A DNA stretch of 29,567 nt from a virus (taxonomy: Duplodnaviria; Caudoviricetes), in the IMG/VR virus record IMGVR_UViG_3300031589_000016, positions 1 to 29,567 of that record, one strand, 5' to 3'. How positions within the stretch are numbered: the stretch's first letter is position 1; the number at the start of each line of letters is the position of its first letter. A program made the position numbers and the translations under genes. Shown piece by piece: positions 8,298 to 16,189 of the stretch. The notes under the pieces are model-generated. The model did no database searches. It saw nothing but the letters and a program-made list of their open reading frames with translations, and was not told where the DNA came from.

Positions 8298-8371
8298 AAG
8301 TAGCAGTCTATTATAATCTTCACAAACACACTTTCTCTTTGCAAACAAACTTCAAAAGGAAGACACTATGA
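8294..8371 (+). pseudogene. truncated 5' fragment of the 8936..9301 gene (17 codons) fused to a duplicated leader
   Basis: 8294-8344 matches 8936-8986 with 3 synonymous changes, then switches at TTGCAA into a copy of 7976-8008. Confidence 0.85.
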
Positions 8372-8760
8372 AAACCATGACATCACAAGAAGTATTTGAT
8401 CAAAGTGTAGACGGCATCATTGCCCAAGGTGGGCCTTCTAAAGGTACCGACGGGGTATCCTGTATGTACCGAGGGGATAACGAAAGGTCTTGTGGTGTTG
8501 GTATTCTAATCACTGATGAAGAGTATAAGCCAGAAATGGATGACCCTGACATTGGCACTAGTGTGAGTGCTATCTTTGGCAGAGGTCTTCTCCCAAAAAG
8601 GTTAGAGGGCAATCTAGCGTTACTTACGGCTCTACAACAATGTCATGATAATATGGGAGGGGATTCAGATTGGACCCAATACCTTTGTCAGGTAAAAGAA
8701 GTAGCTGAGAGATATAACTTAATTTGGACACCGAGAGTAATAAAAGGGACAGTACTATGA
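8368..8760 (+). CDS. conserved-looking phage hypothetical protein
   Basis: TSQEVFD...QG...CMYR...CGVG.LI...LQ..HD pattern; SD present. Confidence 0.75.
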   Translation: MKTMTSQEVFDQSVDGIIAQGGPSKGTDGVSCMYRGDNERSCGVGILITDEEYKPEMDDPDIGTSVSAIFGRGLLPKRLEGNLALLTALQQCHDNMGGDSDWTQYLCQVKEVAERYNLIWTPRVIKGTVL

Positions 8761-8930
8761 AGAATAACTGGAAAAAACTAGAAGATTCTTTTGAAGAGCG
8801 AGTAGCAATACTGGAGCATGATGCGGGTTATTCCCTTTACGAAGCAGAACAACATGCGGCCCAAGGCGTCGGCTTTAAAAACAAGTCTGCACTTAAAATC
8901 CACATACAAGAACTTAAATCAAAGGGGTAA
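8757..8930 (+). CDS. hypothetical protein (FEERVAILEHDAG motif)
   Basis: ATG 8757 after the AAGGGA SD. Confidence 0.65.
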   Translation: MKNNWKKLEDSFEERVAILEHDAGYSLYEAEQHAAQGVGFKNKSALKIHIQELKSKG

Positions 8931-8935
8931 ATACT

Positions 8936-9301
8936 ATGAAAGTAGCCGTTTACTATAATCTTCACAAACACACTTTCTCTTTGCAATCACGCAACAAAGA
9001 AGACTACGGTCGGGTAATAGACCATATCGACCACGTAATCTTGAAGAACGTAAAGTTTACTGTCCGAGAGGCAGGACGCCAAAAAGTCCTAAATGAGAAA
9101 AAGAAGAACGTCCACTCTTTTGCAGTAGGTGAATTAGTAGACCGTGTGGGCTTAGATAGGGGTCCGGGAGTGGCAGTAACCTACAACCCTTATAAGTATT
9201 CAACCTTCGTGGTAAAGGATACTGAAGAACCAATAGAACAGGCTGAGTACGCGGTATTGCGTATTGGTATCAATAACAACCCAATAATCGGAGCTTACTA
9301 A
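8936..9301 (+). CDS. conserved phage hypothetical protein
   Basis: VYYNLHK..FS, F.V.EAGRQKVL.EK.KNVH.F and VTYNPY motifs that I recognise from phage proteins of unknown function. Confidence 0.8.
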   Translation: MKVAVYYNLHKHTFSLQSRNKEDYGRVIDHIDHVILKNVKFTVREAGRQKVLNEKKKNVHSFAVGELVDRVGLDRGPGVAVTYNPYKYSTFVVKDTEEPIEQAEYAVLRIGINNNPIIGAY

Positions 9302-9302
9302 T

Positions 9303-9998
9303 ATGGAAACTTTCACATATAAAATAAACAAGACAGAAACCACTAACTGGCAAGAGGCCATAGACTTATTTGAAGACGTTAAAGTTTGGACAGCGTTTTG
9401 TCCGGTTATAGTAACAAACAGTTCAGGGGTGATTGTGATGTACCTGAACGACTTCGAAGACATACAAGGGTGGTCAGAGCGACTAATGAACACCCGACTT
9501 AACGAAGAAGGTGAATTTGATGAGTACGGTAACTACGGAGAGAACAACGGAGCGCTCTCAGAGTTTAAACCAAAAAACCGTGTAGAAGCGCGTATCTACA
9601 AAGAGCTTCAAGAACAAGAGGCAGATGGCATGGGTATTGTTGAGAGCGTCTATGACAAAATCGATCTACCTCTGACAGGAGACTTGTCAGATACGACCAC
9701 AGAGCTAGACTTTCACGGAAACTTCTCAGGAATGACCGCTGAAGTTAAAGACTCTATCATCAACCCTAAACATTACAAACTCTTCTCACCAGACGACTAT
9801 GCTGACTACCCCAAGGGTATCGAGTATATGGATTTGTGTGATAAGGCGCTGGCTCACTTGTCGGGTGTTGAGTCTCACCTTGTAGGTCAGATTCTCAAGT
9901 ATGCCCTGCGTGTGGGTAAGAAAGATGCAATGGAGCAGGATGCCACTAAGATTGAATGGTATGCTACTCGTTTAGTTAACACTGTTAAAGGAAAATAA
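9303..9998 (+). CDS. DUF3310 (SaV/T7 gp1.7-like) domain protein
   Basis: C-terminal INPKHY...GIE..D...G.ILKY..R.GKK....D..K..WY. Confidence 0.75.
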   Translation: METFTYKINKTETTNWQEAIDLFEDVKVWTAFCPVIVTNSSGVIVMYLNDFEDIQGWSERLMNTRLNEEGEFDEYGNYGENNGALSEFKPKNRVEARIYKELQEQEADGMGIVESVYDKIDLPLTGDLSDTTTELDFHGNFSGMTAEVKDSIINPKHYKLFSPDDYADYPKGIEYMDLCDKALAHLSGVESHLVGQILKYALRVGKKDAMEQDATKIEWYATRLVNTVKGK

Positions 9999-9999
9999 C

Positions 10000-10230
10000 A
10001 TGCTAGACTTCAAAGAAGCAAATAGAGTGTTCTATGCTGTCAAGGGCAGCTTAATCCCCAAGGAATACTCTCAGGACGACATCTTGGAGATGTATAATTC
10101 CTATTTTAAGCGTCTCTGGGGAAACCACGAGGCACTTATTCGTGATGATAAGTTCGAAGAGATTTGGGCTAATCGACATGATGTCCTTACCGAATACCCT
10201 GATTTTATGGAAGGAGACTACTTTGATTAA
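10000..10230 (+). CDS. hypothetical protein
   Basis: AAGGA SD; contiguous with neighbours. Confidence 0.7.
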   Translation: MLDFKEANRVFYAVKGSLIPKEYSQDDILEMYNSYFKRLWGNHEALIRDDKFEEIWANRHDVLTEYPDFMEGDYFD

Positions 10231-10387
10231 CTCAATAGAAGCTAAACAAGTCCGCGAGATGGCTAAGTCTTATCGCAAGATTCACCCGCTGTATACTATC
10301 GGAGTGGCAGTGTTGAAAGCATCTGAAGCTTATGAGGTCTTCCGAGACGCTGAAGCAGAGATGGTGTTTAAGACTTACAAAAAATAA
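10223..10387 (+). CDS. hypothetical protein (TTG start)
   Basis: AAGGAG at 10211-10216 precedes an in-frame TTG at 10223. Confidence 0.55.
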   Translation: MINSIEAKQVREMAKSYRKIHPLYTIGVAVLKASEAYEVFRDAEAEMVFKTYKK

Positions 10388-10421
10388 CTAGAAACCCTTA
10401 ACTAATAAGCTAGGAAACCTT

Positions 10422-12296
10422 ATGAAATTAGTTTTTGATATTGAAGGTAACAACCTGTTGCCCGGACTAACCACCTTCCACTGTGCTGGTGCCAGAGACG
10501 TCGATACAGACGAGGAGTATTGGTTCAAACAAGACCAACTACAAGACTTCCTTGACCTGCTAGACAAAGCAAAGGTAATCGTAGCCCATAACGCCTTTGG
10601 CTACGACATCCCTGCTCTTAACATTCTATCCAAGAAGTACTTCAACAAGCCTTGGGAACCTAAAGCCACAGTACAGTGTACTAAGGTTATGTCTCAGGTT
10701 CTGTGCTATACTCGCTTTGGCTTCGGACACTCACTTAAACAGTGGGGTATTCACTTCGGAGACCAGAAAGGGGACTACACAGGAGGCTTTGAAGAGTATA
10801 ACGAAGATATGTTTGTGTACATGCAACAGGACGTCCGCCTTGGTACACGGGTATACAAAGAACTACTACGGGAAACCAAGGTAGCTATTGACCACTTCGT
10901 TTCTAAGTCTATTCTTAAAGCCTTGCGCTCTGAGATGGAGATGGACCGCATCATGGTTAAGCAGTGTCAAAACGGTTGGCTCTTCGACAAGGAGTCAGCA
11001 GAGGCTCTGATGAAGACCCTCGAAGAACGTATGAACTCTCACGAGATTTACATCAATGGCCTCCTTGGTCAAATGGTGGCGTCTCCTGATGGTTCTGTGG
11101 TAAAAGCAAGAAAGGACATCTCTGATGGAATACCAACGGAAATCCCAGCCAAGTCACCAAAGTTTACTAAAGCAGGCAAACTCGATAGTCACACTAAGCG
11201 TTGGTTTGGCATCCCTGCTGATAGTGTCCTTGGCCTCGATACCCCCGAACTCCTCCCCGTCGTGGGGCCTTATTGCCGTATTGAGTTTGTGGGGGGTGAT
11301 GTCGGTAACACAAATACTGTTAAGGAATACCTTTACACAATCGGGTGGAAGCCAGATGAGTGGAACTGGAAGAAAATCGATGGAAGCTTTGTCAAAGTCT
11401 CAGCAAAACTCTCCGACAGTTCCTTGGCACCACTAGGAAAGGTAGGGGAGGTCTTATCTGAGTACTATACTCTACGTAGCCGTCATTCGGTTATGAAAGG
11501 CTGGTTCCCACATATTGATGAGAACTCACGACTACACGGTGATGTGTTTAATGTTGGAACACCTACGTTCCGTCAGACACACAAGATTATCGCTAACTTG
11601 CCCTCTGGAAAAGCTGTACTCGGCCCTGAAATCAGGAAGTTGTTTATTGCTCGTCCGGGATACAAGCTTGTTAGTGCTGACTCTGCTGGTTGCCAACTTC
11701 GGCTTCTGGCTCACTTTATGGGAGACGACAACTATACACGAGAGGTTCTTGAAGGTGACATTCACCAGAAGAACGCAGACATTCTCGGTTGTTCTCGCAA
11801 TGACGCTAAGCCTTTTATCTTTGCATACCTCTATGGTGCAGGGGGTAAGAAGCTTGGGTCTATCCTCGGTGTTAGTGATAAAGAGGGCAACAAGCTAAAG
11901 AAGAAGTTTACCGCTGCGTTCCCTGCCTTGGGTGCGCTGATTGATAAGGTTAAGAACATCGTTGACCAACAGGGGTTCATTCCCGGTCTAGATGACAGAC
12001 CTATTTATACGGAGTCACAGCACAAGGCACTTAACTACCTTATCCAAGGTGCTGAAGCTGTTGTTATGAAGTACACTATTATCATGGTTGAGGAAGAGCT
12101 GGCGAAGGCTGGTCTTGACCAAAGCATCTTACTATTCTACCACGACGAGGTTACTTACGAAGTTCGTGAGGACCAAGCAGAACAAGCTAAAGAAATCATT
12201 ATGCGCTGTTTTGAAGAAGCACCTAAAGCTTTGGGTGTAGACATCATGACTTGCGGAGATTGTAACATTGGAGAAGACTACTATGACGTACACTAA
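10422..12296 (+). CDS. DNA polymerase family A (T7 gp5-like) with 3'-5' exonuclease
   Basis: ExoI DIE, ExoII HNAFGYD, ExoIII YMQQD; motif A DSAGCQLR; motif B RNDAKPFIFAYLYG; motif C YHDE. Confidence 0.96.
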   Translation: MKLVFDIEGNNLLPGLTTFHCAGARDVDTDEEYWFKQDQLQDFLDLLDKAKVIVAHNAFGYDIPALNILSKKYFNKPWEPKATVQCTKVMSQVLCYTRFGFGHSLKQWGIHFGDQKGDYTGGFEEYNEDMFVYMQQDVRLGTRVYKELLRETKVAIDHFVSKSILKALRSEMEMDRIMVKQCQNGWLFDKESAEALMKTLEERMNSHEIYINGLLGQMVASPDGSVVKARKDISDGIPTEIPAKSPKFTKAGKLDSHTKRWFGIPADSVLGLDTPELLPVVGPYCRIEFVGGDVGNTNTVKEYLYTIGWKPDEWNWKKIDGSFVKVSAKLSDSSLAPLGKVGEVLSEYYTLRSRHSVMKGWFPHIDENSRLHGDVFNVGTPTFRQTHKIIANLPSGKAVLGPEIRKLFIARPGYKLVSADSAGCQLRLLAHFMGDDNYTREVLEGDIHQKNADILGCSRNDAKPFIFAYLYGAGGKKLGSILGVSDKEGNKLKKKFTAAFPALGALIDKVKNIVDQQGFIPGLDDRPIYTESQHKALNYLIQGAEAVVMKYTIIMVEEELAKAGLDQSILLFYHDEVTYEVREDQAEQAKEIIMRCFEEAPKALGVDIMTCGDCNIGEDYYDVH

Positions 12297-12696
12297 ACTT
12301 ATCAACAACCACGTAATATTTGCAATTGACAACGATAAAGACCTTCATACTGTTGCCAAGTTCACCCGTTACTTAGACACTCAACGTGCGGTTAACCGGC
12401 TTCATTACGCCCCTCAAATCGGTATCGGCAGCTATCAAGAAGAGCTAGAGCAATGCTACATGATGGACTTCAATGACTACTACAAGTTTGTCGAATTAAG
12501 TGGTTACGTAGATGAGCAAAGTAGTGTTCTTGTTCTTAACCCCCGAAACCCCCGCTCTTCTACCTATCAAGGCATGCTCCATTACCCGAATGGCAAAACT
12601 GAGAATCTAGGTATCTGGACGGATGTGAGTGGAGAAGCTTGGAAGTGTCTTGAGGCTTACACAGTTATCAATGGCCGCACCTTTGCTTGCGTCTGA
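12283..12696 (+). CDS. hypothetical protein
   Basis: Long ORF overlapping the polymerase stop; GGAG SD. Confidence 0.7.
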   Translation: MTYTKLINNHVIFAIDNDKDLHTVAKFTRYLDTQRAVNRLHYAPQIGIGSYQEELEQCYMMDFNDYYKFVELSGYVDEQSSVLVLNPRNPRSSTYQGMLHYPNGKTENLGIWTDVSGEAWKCLEAYTVINGRTFACV

Positions 12697-12961
12697 ACAA
12701 ATAAGACTTCGCATTAAACTATCTGTAGCTGCCTTTGCTTACGAGTATAAGAGCGACAGTATAATGTCTGATGCTGAGTTCGATAGGTTGTCTTACCTTG
12801 TTGATACTAGTATAGCTACTGGCAATCGCAAGCTGGATAACTTCTTTAAGAAACATTTCGAACCTGCCACAGGTATGTGGGTTCGGAAACACCCCGATAA
12901 GAAGGGGCTTGTAAACCTCTATGAGCGTTATTATAAACCAAAGGACGAAACAAATGGCTGA
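12671..12961 (+). CDS. stand-alone NAD-dependent DNA ligase domain Ia-like protein
   Basis: AYEY..DSIMSDAEFDRL resembles LigA domain Ia (YY..D.P.ISDAEYD.L); no adenylation domain. Start uncertain. Confidence 0.65.
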   Translation: MAAPLLASEQIRLRIKLSVAAFAYEYKSDSIMSDAEFDRLSYLVDTSIATGNRKLDNFFKKHFEPATGMWVRKHPDKKGLVNLYERYYKPKDETNG

Positions 12962-13133
12962 GAACTTCCCTACAGTTGAAGAACTAGACACACTCGTTGA
13001 GAACCTCGAACAACCGGGGGGACGTAGTCCTTGTGAGCTACAAGAAGACAGAGAAGAAGCGGCAAGTATCCTCTTGATGTTTCGTAAGGAGATAGATAGT
13101 TCTCATGCCGCGTTGTTTGGCTCAGGACTATAA
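12954..13133 (+). CDS. hypothetical protein
   Basis: AAGGA SD before ATG 12954. Confidence 0.6.
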   Translation: MAENFPTVEELDTLVENLEQPGGRSPCELQEDREEAASILLMFRKEIDSSHAALFGSGL

Positions 13134-13151
13134 TAATAAGGAACTAACACA

Positions 13152-13304
13152 ATGATGAAAGCATGGAAAAACTACAGGTGCTGGTGGGAGGCTCATGGTA
13201 GAGCTGAATGGCAATGTGATAAAACCTTTGAGGAATACATCAACGGAATGTCACTGCATGAACTTATGCAAACTCTGGAGGATTGGGAGAATAACACACA
13301 ATGA
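13152..13304 (+). CDS. hypothetical protein (50 aa, Trp-rich), array cargo
   Basis: Translated by hand; AAGGA SD; ATGA-coupled to R2. Confidence 0.6.
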   Translation: MMKAWKNYRCWWEAHGRAEWQCDKTFEEYINGMSLHELMQTLEDWENNTQ

Positions 13305-13429
13305 CTAAACTAGAAGAACGAAAGGCTGCTTACGCTGCTTATGATGCTTATGAGGGTGCTCATGCCGCTTATCATGCTTGGATTGCGTATCAAGCTGAAC
13401 TCAAGAAAACACAGGGGGAACTCAAATGA
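13301..13429 (+). CDS. repeat-family protein R2 (42 aa)
   Basis: MTKLEERKAAYAAYDAYEGAHAAYHAWIAYQAELKKTQGELK (translated by hand). Confidence 0.75.
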   Translation: MTKLEERKAAYAAYDAYEGAHAAYHAWIAYQAELKKTQGELK

Positions 13430-13623
13430 CAACTACCAAAACCTTCAAATGCGCTGTTAGCTCCAGCGATATCCTGACCGCATTCAAAGACAGCGACAGG
13501 CGCATATGTATTGAAATCTCAGGTGGCAGGGGATACCAAAAAAAAAACGTCCTGTTGACTAAAAAGCAAGTCAAGAAGCTGCGTAAGGTACTCAAGAAGT
13601 GCTTAAAATCCAAAGGAGAATAA
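13426..13623 (+). CDS. basic hypothetical protein, array cargo
   Basis: ATGA-coupled to R2. Confidence 0.65.
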   Translation: MTTTKTFKCAVSSSDILTAFKDSDRRICIEISGGRGYQKKNVLLTKKQVKKLRKVLKKCLKSKGE

Positions 13624-13624
13624 G

Positions 13625-13888
13625 ATGATACATCTGATAATATTGGTCTTCTTAGTAGGTTGGTGCGTTATGGCACTTATGCTCCTAGTCGCAATTTACG
13701 AGTACGTGTTCGTGCCGTGGCTACTTAAAAAACACTGCGTGAGATTAAAAGACAAAGGAGAACACACAATGACTAAACTAGAAGAACGAAAGGCTGCTTA
13801 CGCTGCTTATCTTGAGGCTGATGCTGCTTATGCTGCTTCCTCTGAGGGCCGTGAGGCTGCCAAGGCTGAACTAGAGAAACAAGGATAA
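13625..13888 (+). CDS. membrane protein fused in frame to repeat-family protein R3 (R3 has its own SD/ATG at 13769)
   Basis: N-terminal hydrophobic helix; internal AAGGAG...ATG 13769 giving MTKLEERKAAYAAY...AELEKQG. Confidence 0.7.
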   Translation: MIHLIILVFLVGWCVMALMLLVAIYEYVFVPWLLKKHCVRLKDKGEHTMTKLEERKAAYAAYLEADAAYAASSEGREAAKAELEKQG

Positions 13889-13893
13889 CACAC

Positions 13894-14109
13894 ATGGAAT
13901 GGCAACCTATTAAAAGTGCGCCGAAGAGTGCTTACACACCAATTTTGGTTTGCCAGTCTAGGAATGGCATAATCCGCACTGCTGTTTGGTCTGTAAGATA
14001 TACTCATTGGAGTTGTGGACATGGACCTATGGGATTTATTGCAGAAGTGACCCACTGGATGCCGCTACCTGACCCACCAGCAGAGGATAACACACAATGT
14101 ACGACCTAA
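13894..14109 (+). CDS. DUF551-family protein
   Basis: MEWQPI..AP...ILV...VTHWMPLPDPP signature. Confidence 0.85.
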   Translation: MEWQPIKSAPKSAYTPILVCQSRNGIIRTAVWSVRYTHWSCGHGPMGFIAEVTHWMPLPDPPAEDNTQCTT

Positions 14110-14255
14110 TACTGACAGCAGCTTTCGTAGGCACTGAACCCCTACTACTTGAAACAGGTCTTTCACTTGCTCACTGCAATGCATTGCTTGCTGAACTCTA
14201 CGACATTGCAGCCAAGACGCCTCTGGTCACTATTGCCTGCGTAGTACCCCTATAA
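14097..14255 (+). CDS. hypothetical protein (52 aa), array cargo
   Basis: Translated by hand; GAGG SD. Confidence 0.55.
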   Translation: MYDLILTAAFVGTEPLLLETGLSLAHCNALLAELYDIAAKTPLVTIACVVPL

Positions 14256-14279
14256 CCCCACGTCTTGAAAGGACATACT

Positions 14280-14354
14280 ATGAAATCTAATCTAATGACA
14301 TTCGCAATCGCAGTGGTTTTCCTCTTAGCCCTTGCTGCCGCAGCATCCGCGTAG
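14280..14354 (+). CDS. 24-aa hydrophobic, signal-peptide-like mini-protein
   Basis: MKSNLMTFAIAVVFLLALAAAASA*; preceded by the start-associated motif with SD. Confidence 0.5.
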   Translation: MKSNLMTFAIAVVFLLALAAAASA

Positions 14355-14391
14355 CACACCATAAATAACAAACGTCCCGAAAGGACACACA

Positions 14392-14661
14392 ATGACTAAA
14401 CTAGGAGAACTAAGGGCTGCTGCTGATGTCCCTTATGCTGCTGCTGTTGGCTATGAGGAAGCTGCTGCTGCTTGTGCTGCTTTTGCTTCTCGTGATGCGG
14501 TTAGTGCTGCTGCTGCTGCCCTTGAGGCTGCTTATGATGCTGCTTATGATGCTGGTGCTGCTTATGATGCTGCTCATGATGCTCGTGATGCTGCTGATGC
14601 TGCTTATGCTGCCGCTTATGCTGAACTAGAGAAAACAAAGGAACAAACAAATGAGCTATGA
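14392..14661 (+). CDS. repeat-family protein R4 (89 aa)
   Basis: MTKLGELRAA...AYAELEKTKEQTNEL. Confidence 0.8.
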   Translation: MTKLGELRAAADVPYAAAVGYEEAAAACAAFASRDAVSAAAAALEAAYDAAYDAGAAYDAAHDARDAADAAYAAAYAELEKTKEQTNEL

Positions 14662-14884
14662 AGAAATCAAAATCTCAGGTTGGTATGAATCAGAAGAAGG
14701 TGTAGCCCTTATTGAAATAAAGGGAGCCTTAGATTATAACGACTTGGCTAAAAAACTCCTCGACGCGTATGGCTACGACATAGTTGGCGTAGATATGGAG
14801 TTAGACGGAGAATACACTGACGGCTCTATTGTTAATGACATGGTCGTAATACTTGAACTAGACCGTGTTGGAGAAACACTATGA
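14651..14884 (+). CDS. acidic hypothetical protein, array cargo (ends ELDRVGETL like R5/R11)
   Basis: Start supplied by the R4 tail; its 3' 30 nt are nearly identical to the R5/R11 tail. Confidence 0.7.
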   Translation: MSYEEIKISGWYESEEGVALIEIKGALDYNDLAKKLLDAYGYDIVGVDMELDGEYTDGSIVNDMVVILELDRVGETL

Positions 14885-15078
14885 CTAAGCTAAAAGAACT
14901 ACAGGCTGCTTGGGATGCTGCTGAAGTTGCTTATGATGCTGCTTATGCTGCTGCTTATGATGCTGCTGCTGATGCTTATGATGCTGCTTATTATGCTTCT
15001 AATGCTGCTTATTATGCTTCTAATGCTGCTTATTATGCTTATAAAATTGAACTAGACCGTATTGGAGAAACACTATGA
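14881..15078 (+). CDS. repeat-family protein R5 (65 aa)
   Basis: MTKLKELQAAWDAAEVAY...YKIELDRIGETL. Confidence 0.8.
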   Translation: MTKLKELQAAWDAAEVAYDAAYAAAYDAAADAYDAAYYASNAAYYASNAAYYAYKIELDRIGETL

Positions 15079-15251
15079 CTAAACTAGAAGAATTAAAGGC
15101 TGCTTATGCTGCTTATGCTGCTGAGACTGCTGCTTATGTTGCTGCTCGTGATGCTTATGTTGCTACTTATGATGATGTTCTTGATGCTGCTGATGCTGCT
15201 TATGATGCCTACCAAGCTGAACTCAAGAAAACACAGGAGAACACACAATGA
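15075..15251 (+). CDS. repeat-family protein R6 (58 aa)
   Basis: MTKLEELKAAYAAYAAETAAYVAARDAY...AYQAELKKTQENTQ (translated by hand). Confidence 0.8.
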   Translation: MTKLEELKAAYAAYAAETAAYVAARDAYVATYDDVLDAADAAYDAYQAELKKTQENTQ

Positions 15252-15394
15252 AAATACGTACAGCAAAGAATATGCCTAAGTACAAAGGTTGGGCGTATGA
15301 CCCAGATATAAACTTATACATCCGAGCTACTGATGGGTTAGCTGGGTCACCAACCTACATGAGCTTAACATTCCCAAAACAGAAAGAAGGTTAA
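15248..15394 (+). CDS. hypothetical protein (48 aa, MKIRTAKNMPKYKGW...), array cargo
   Basis: Translated by hand; ATGA-coupled to R6. Confidence 0.6.
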   Translation: MKIRTAKNMPKYKGWAYDPDINLYIRATDGLAGSPTYMSLTFPKQKEG

Positions 15395-15400
15395 CACAAA

Positions 15401-15562
15401 ATGACTAAACTAGAAGAACTAAAGGCTGCTGCTTATGATGCTGCTTATGCTGCTTATTATGATGCTGCTTATGTGGCTGCTCTTGATGCTGATGCTGCTT
15501 ATGTGGCTGCTAGGGATGCTTACCAAGCTGAACTAAAGAAAACAAAGGAGAACACAAAATGA
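15401..15562 (+). CDS. repeat-family protein R7 (53 aa)
   Basis: MTKLEELKAAAYDAAYAAYYDAAYVAALDADAAYVAARDAYQAELKKTKENTK. Confidence 0.8.
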   Translation: MTKLEELKAAAYDAAYAAYYDAAYVAALDADAAYVAARDAYQAELKKTKENTK

Positions 15563-15765
15563 CTAAGTTAGAAGAACTAAAGGCTGCTGCTTATACTGCT
15601 GCTTATGCTGCTTATGATGCTGCTTATGATGCTGCTTATGTGGCTGCTCTTGATGCTGATGCTGCTTATGTGGCTGCTCTTGATGCTGCTCGTGCTGTTG
15701 CTCTTGATGCTGCTAGGGATGCTTACCAAGCTGAACTCAAGAAAACAAAGGAGAACACACAATGA
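15559..15765 (+). CDS. repeat-family protein R8 (68 aa)
   Basis: ORF track; close paralog of R7. Confidence 0.8.
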   Translation: MTKLEELKAAAYTAAYAAYDAAYDAAYVAALDADAAYVAALDAARAVALDAARDAYQAELKKTKENTQ

Positions 15766-16031
15766 CTAAGTTAGAAGAACTAAAGGCTGCTAAGGGTGCT
15801 GCTTATGATGCTTCTGATGCTGTTGATGCTGCTTGGGATGCTGTTTATGCTGCTGAAGTTGCTTATGATGCTGTTGATGCTGCTTGGGATGCTGTTTATG
15901 CTGCTGCGCGTGATGCTCTTGGTGCTGCCCATGATGATGTTATAGCTGCTCGGAAGCTTGCTGATGCTGCTTGGGATGCTGTTTATGCTGCTGAAGTTGC
16001 TTATGATGCTTATATGGCTGAACTAAAGTAA
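15762..16031 (+). CDS. repeat-family protein R9 (89 aa)
   Basis: DAAWDAVYAA three times; tail shortened by TAA where paralogs have AAA. Confidence 0.8.
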   Translation: MTKLEELKAAKGAAYDASDAVDAAWDAVYAAEVAYDAVDAAWDAVYAAARDALGAAHDDVIAARKLADAAWDAVYAAEVAYDAYMAELK

Positions 16032-16045
16032 ACAAAGGAAACACA

Positions 16046-16189
16046 ATGACTAAGTTAGAAGAACTAAAGGCTGCTTGTATTGCTGCTGAGGCTGCTGAAC
16101 TTGCTGCTTGCAATGCTACTTGTGAGGCTCACAATGTTTATTATGCTGAACTCACAAAGCATAGACAGGAGAACTCGAATGACAACTAA
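16046..16189 (+). CDS. repeat-family protein R10 (47 aa, Cys-containing)
   Basis: MTKLEELKAACIAAEAAELAACNATCEAHNVYYAELTKHRQENSNDN (translated by hand). Confidence 0.75.
   Translation: MTKLEELKAACIAAEAAELAACNATCEAHNVYYAELTKHRQENSNDN

Noticed and set aside
14392-16031. Type I antifreeze protein, or restriction-site (GCWGC) decoy role for the Ala-rich repeats
   Set aside because: No 11-residue Thr periodicity as in type I antifreeze proteins. GCTGC density follows directly from GCT-GCT codons, and nothing else supports a decoy role.
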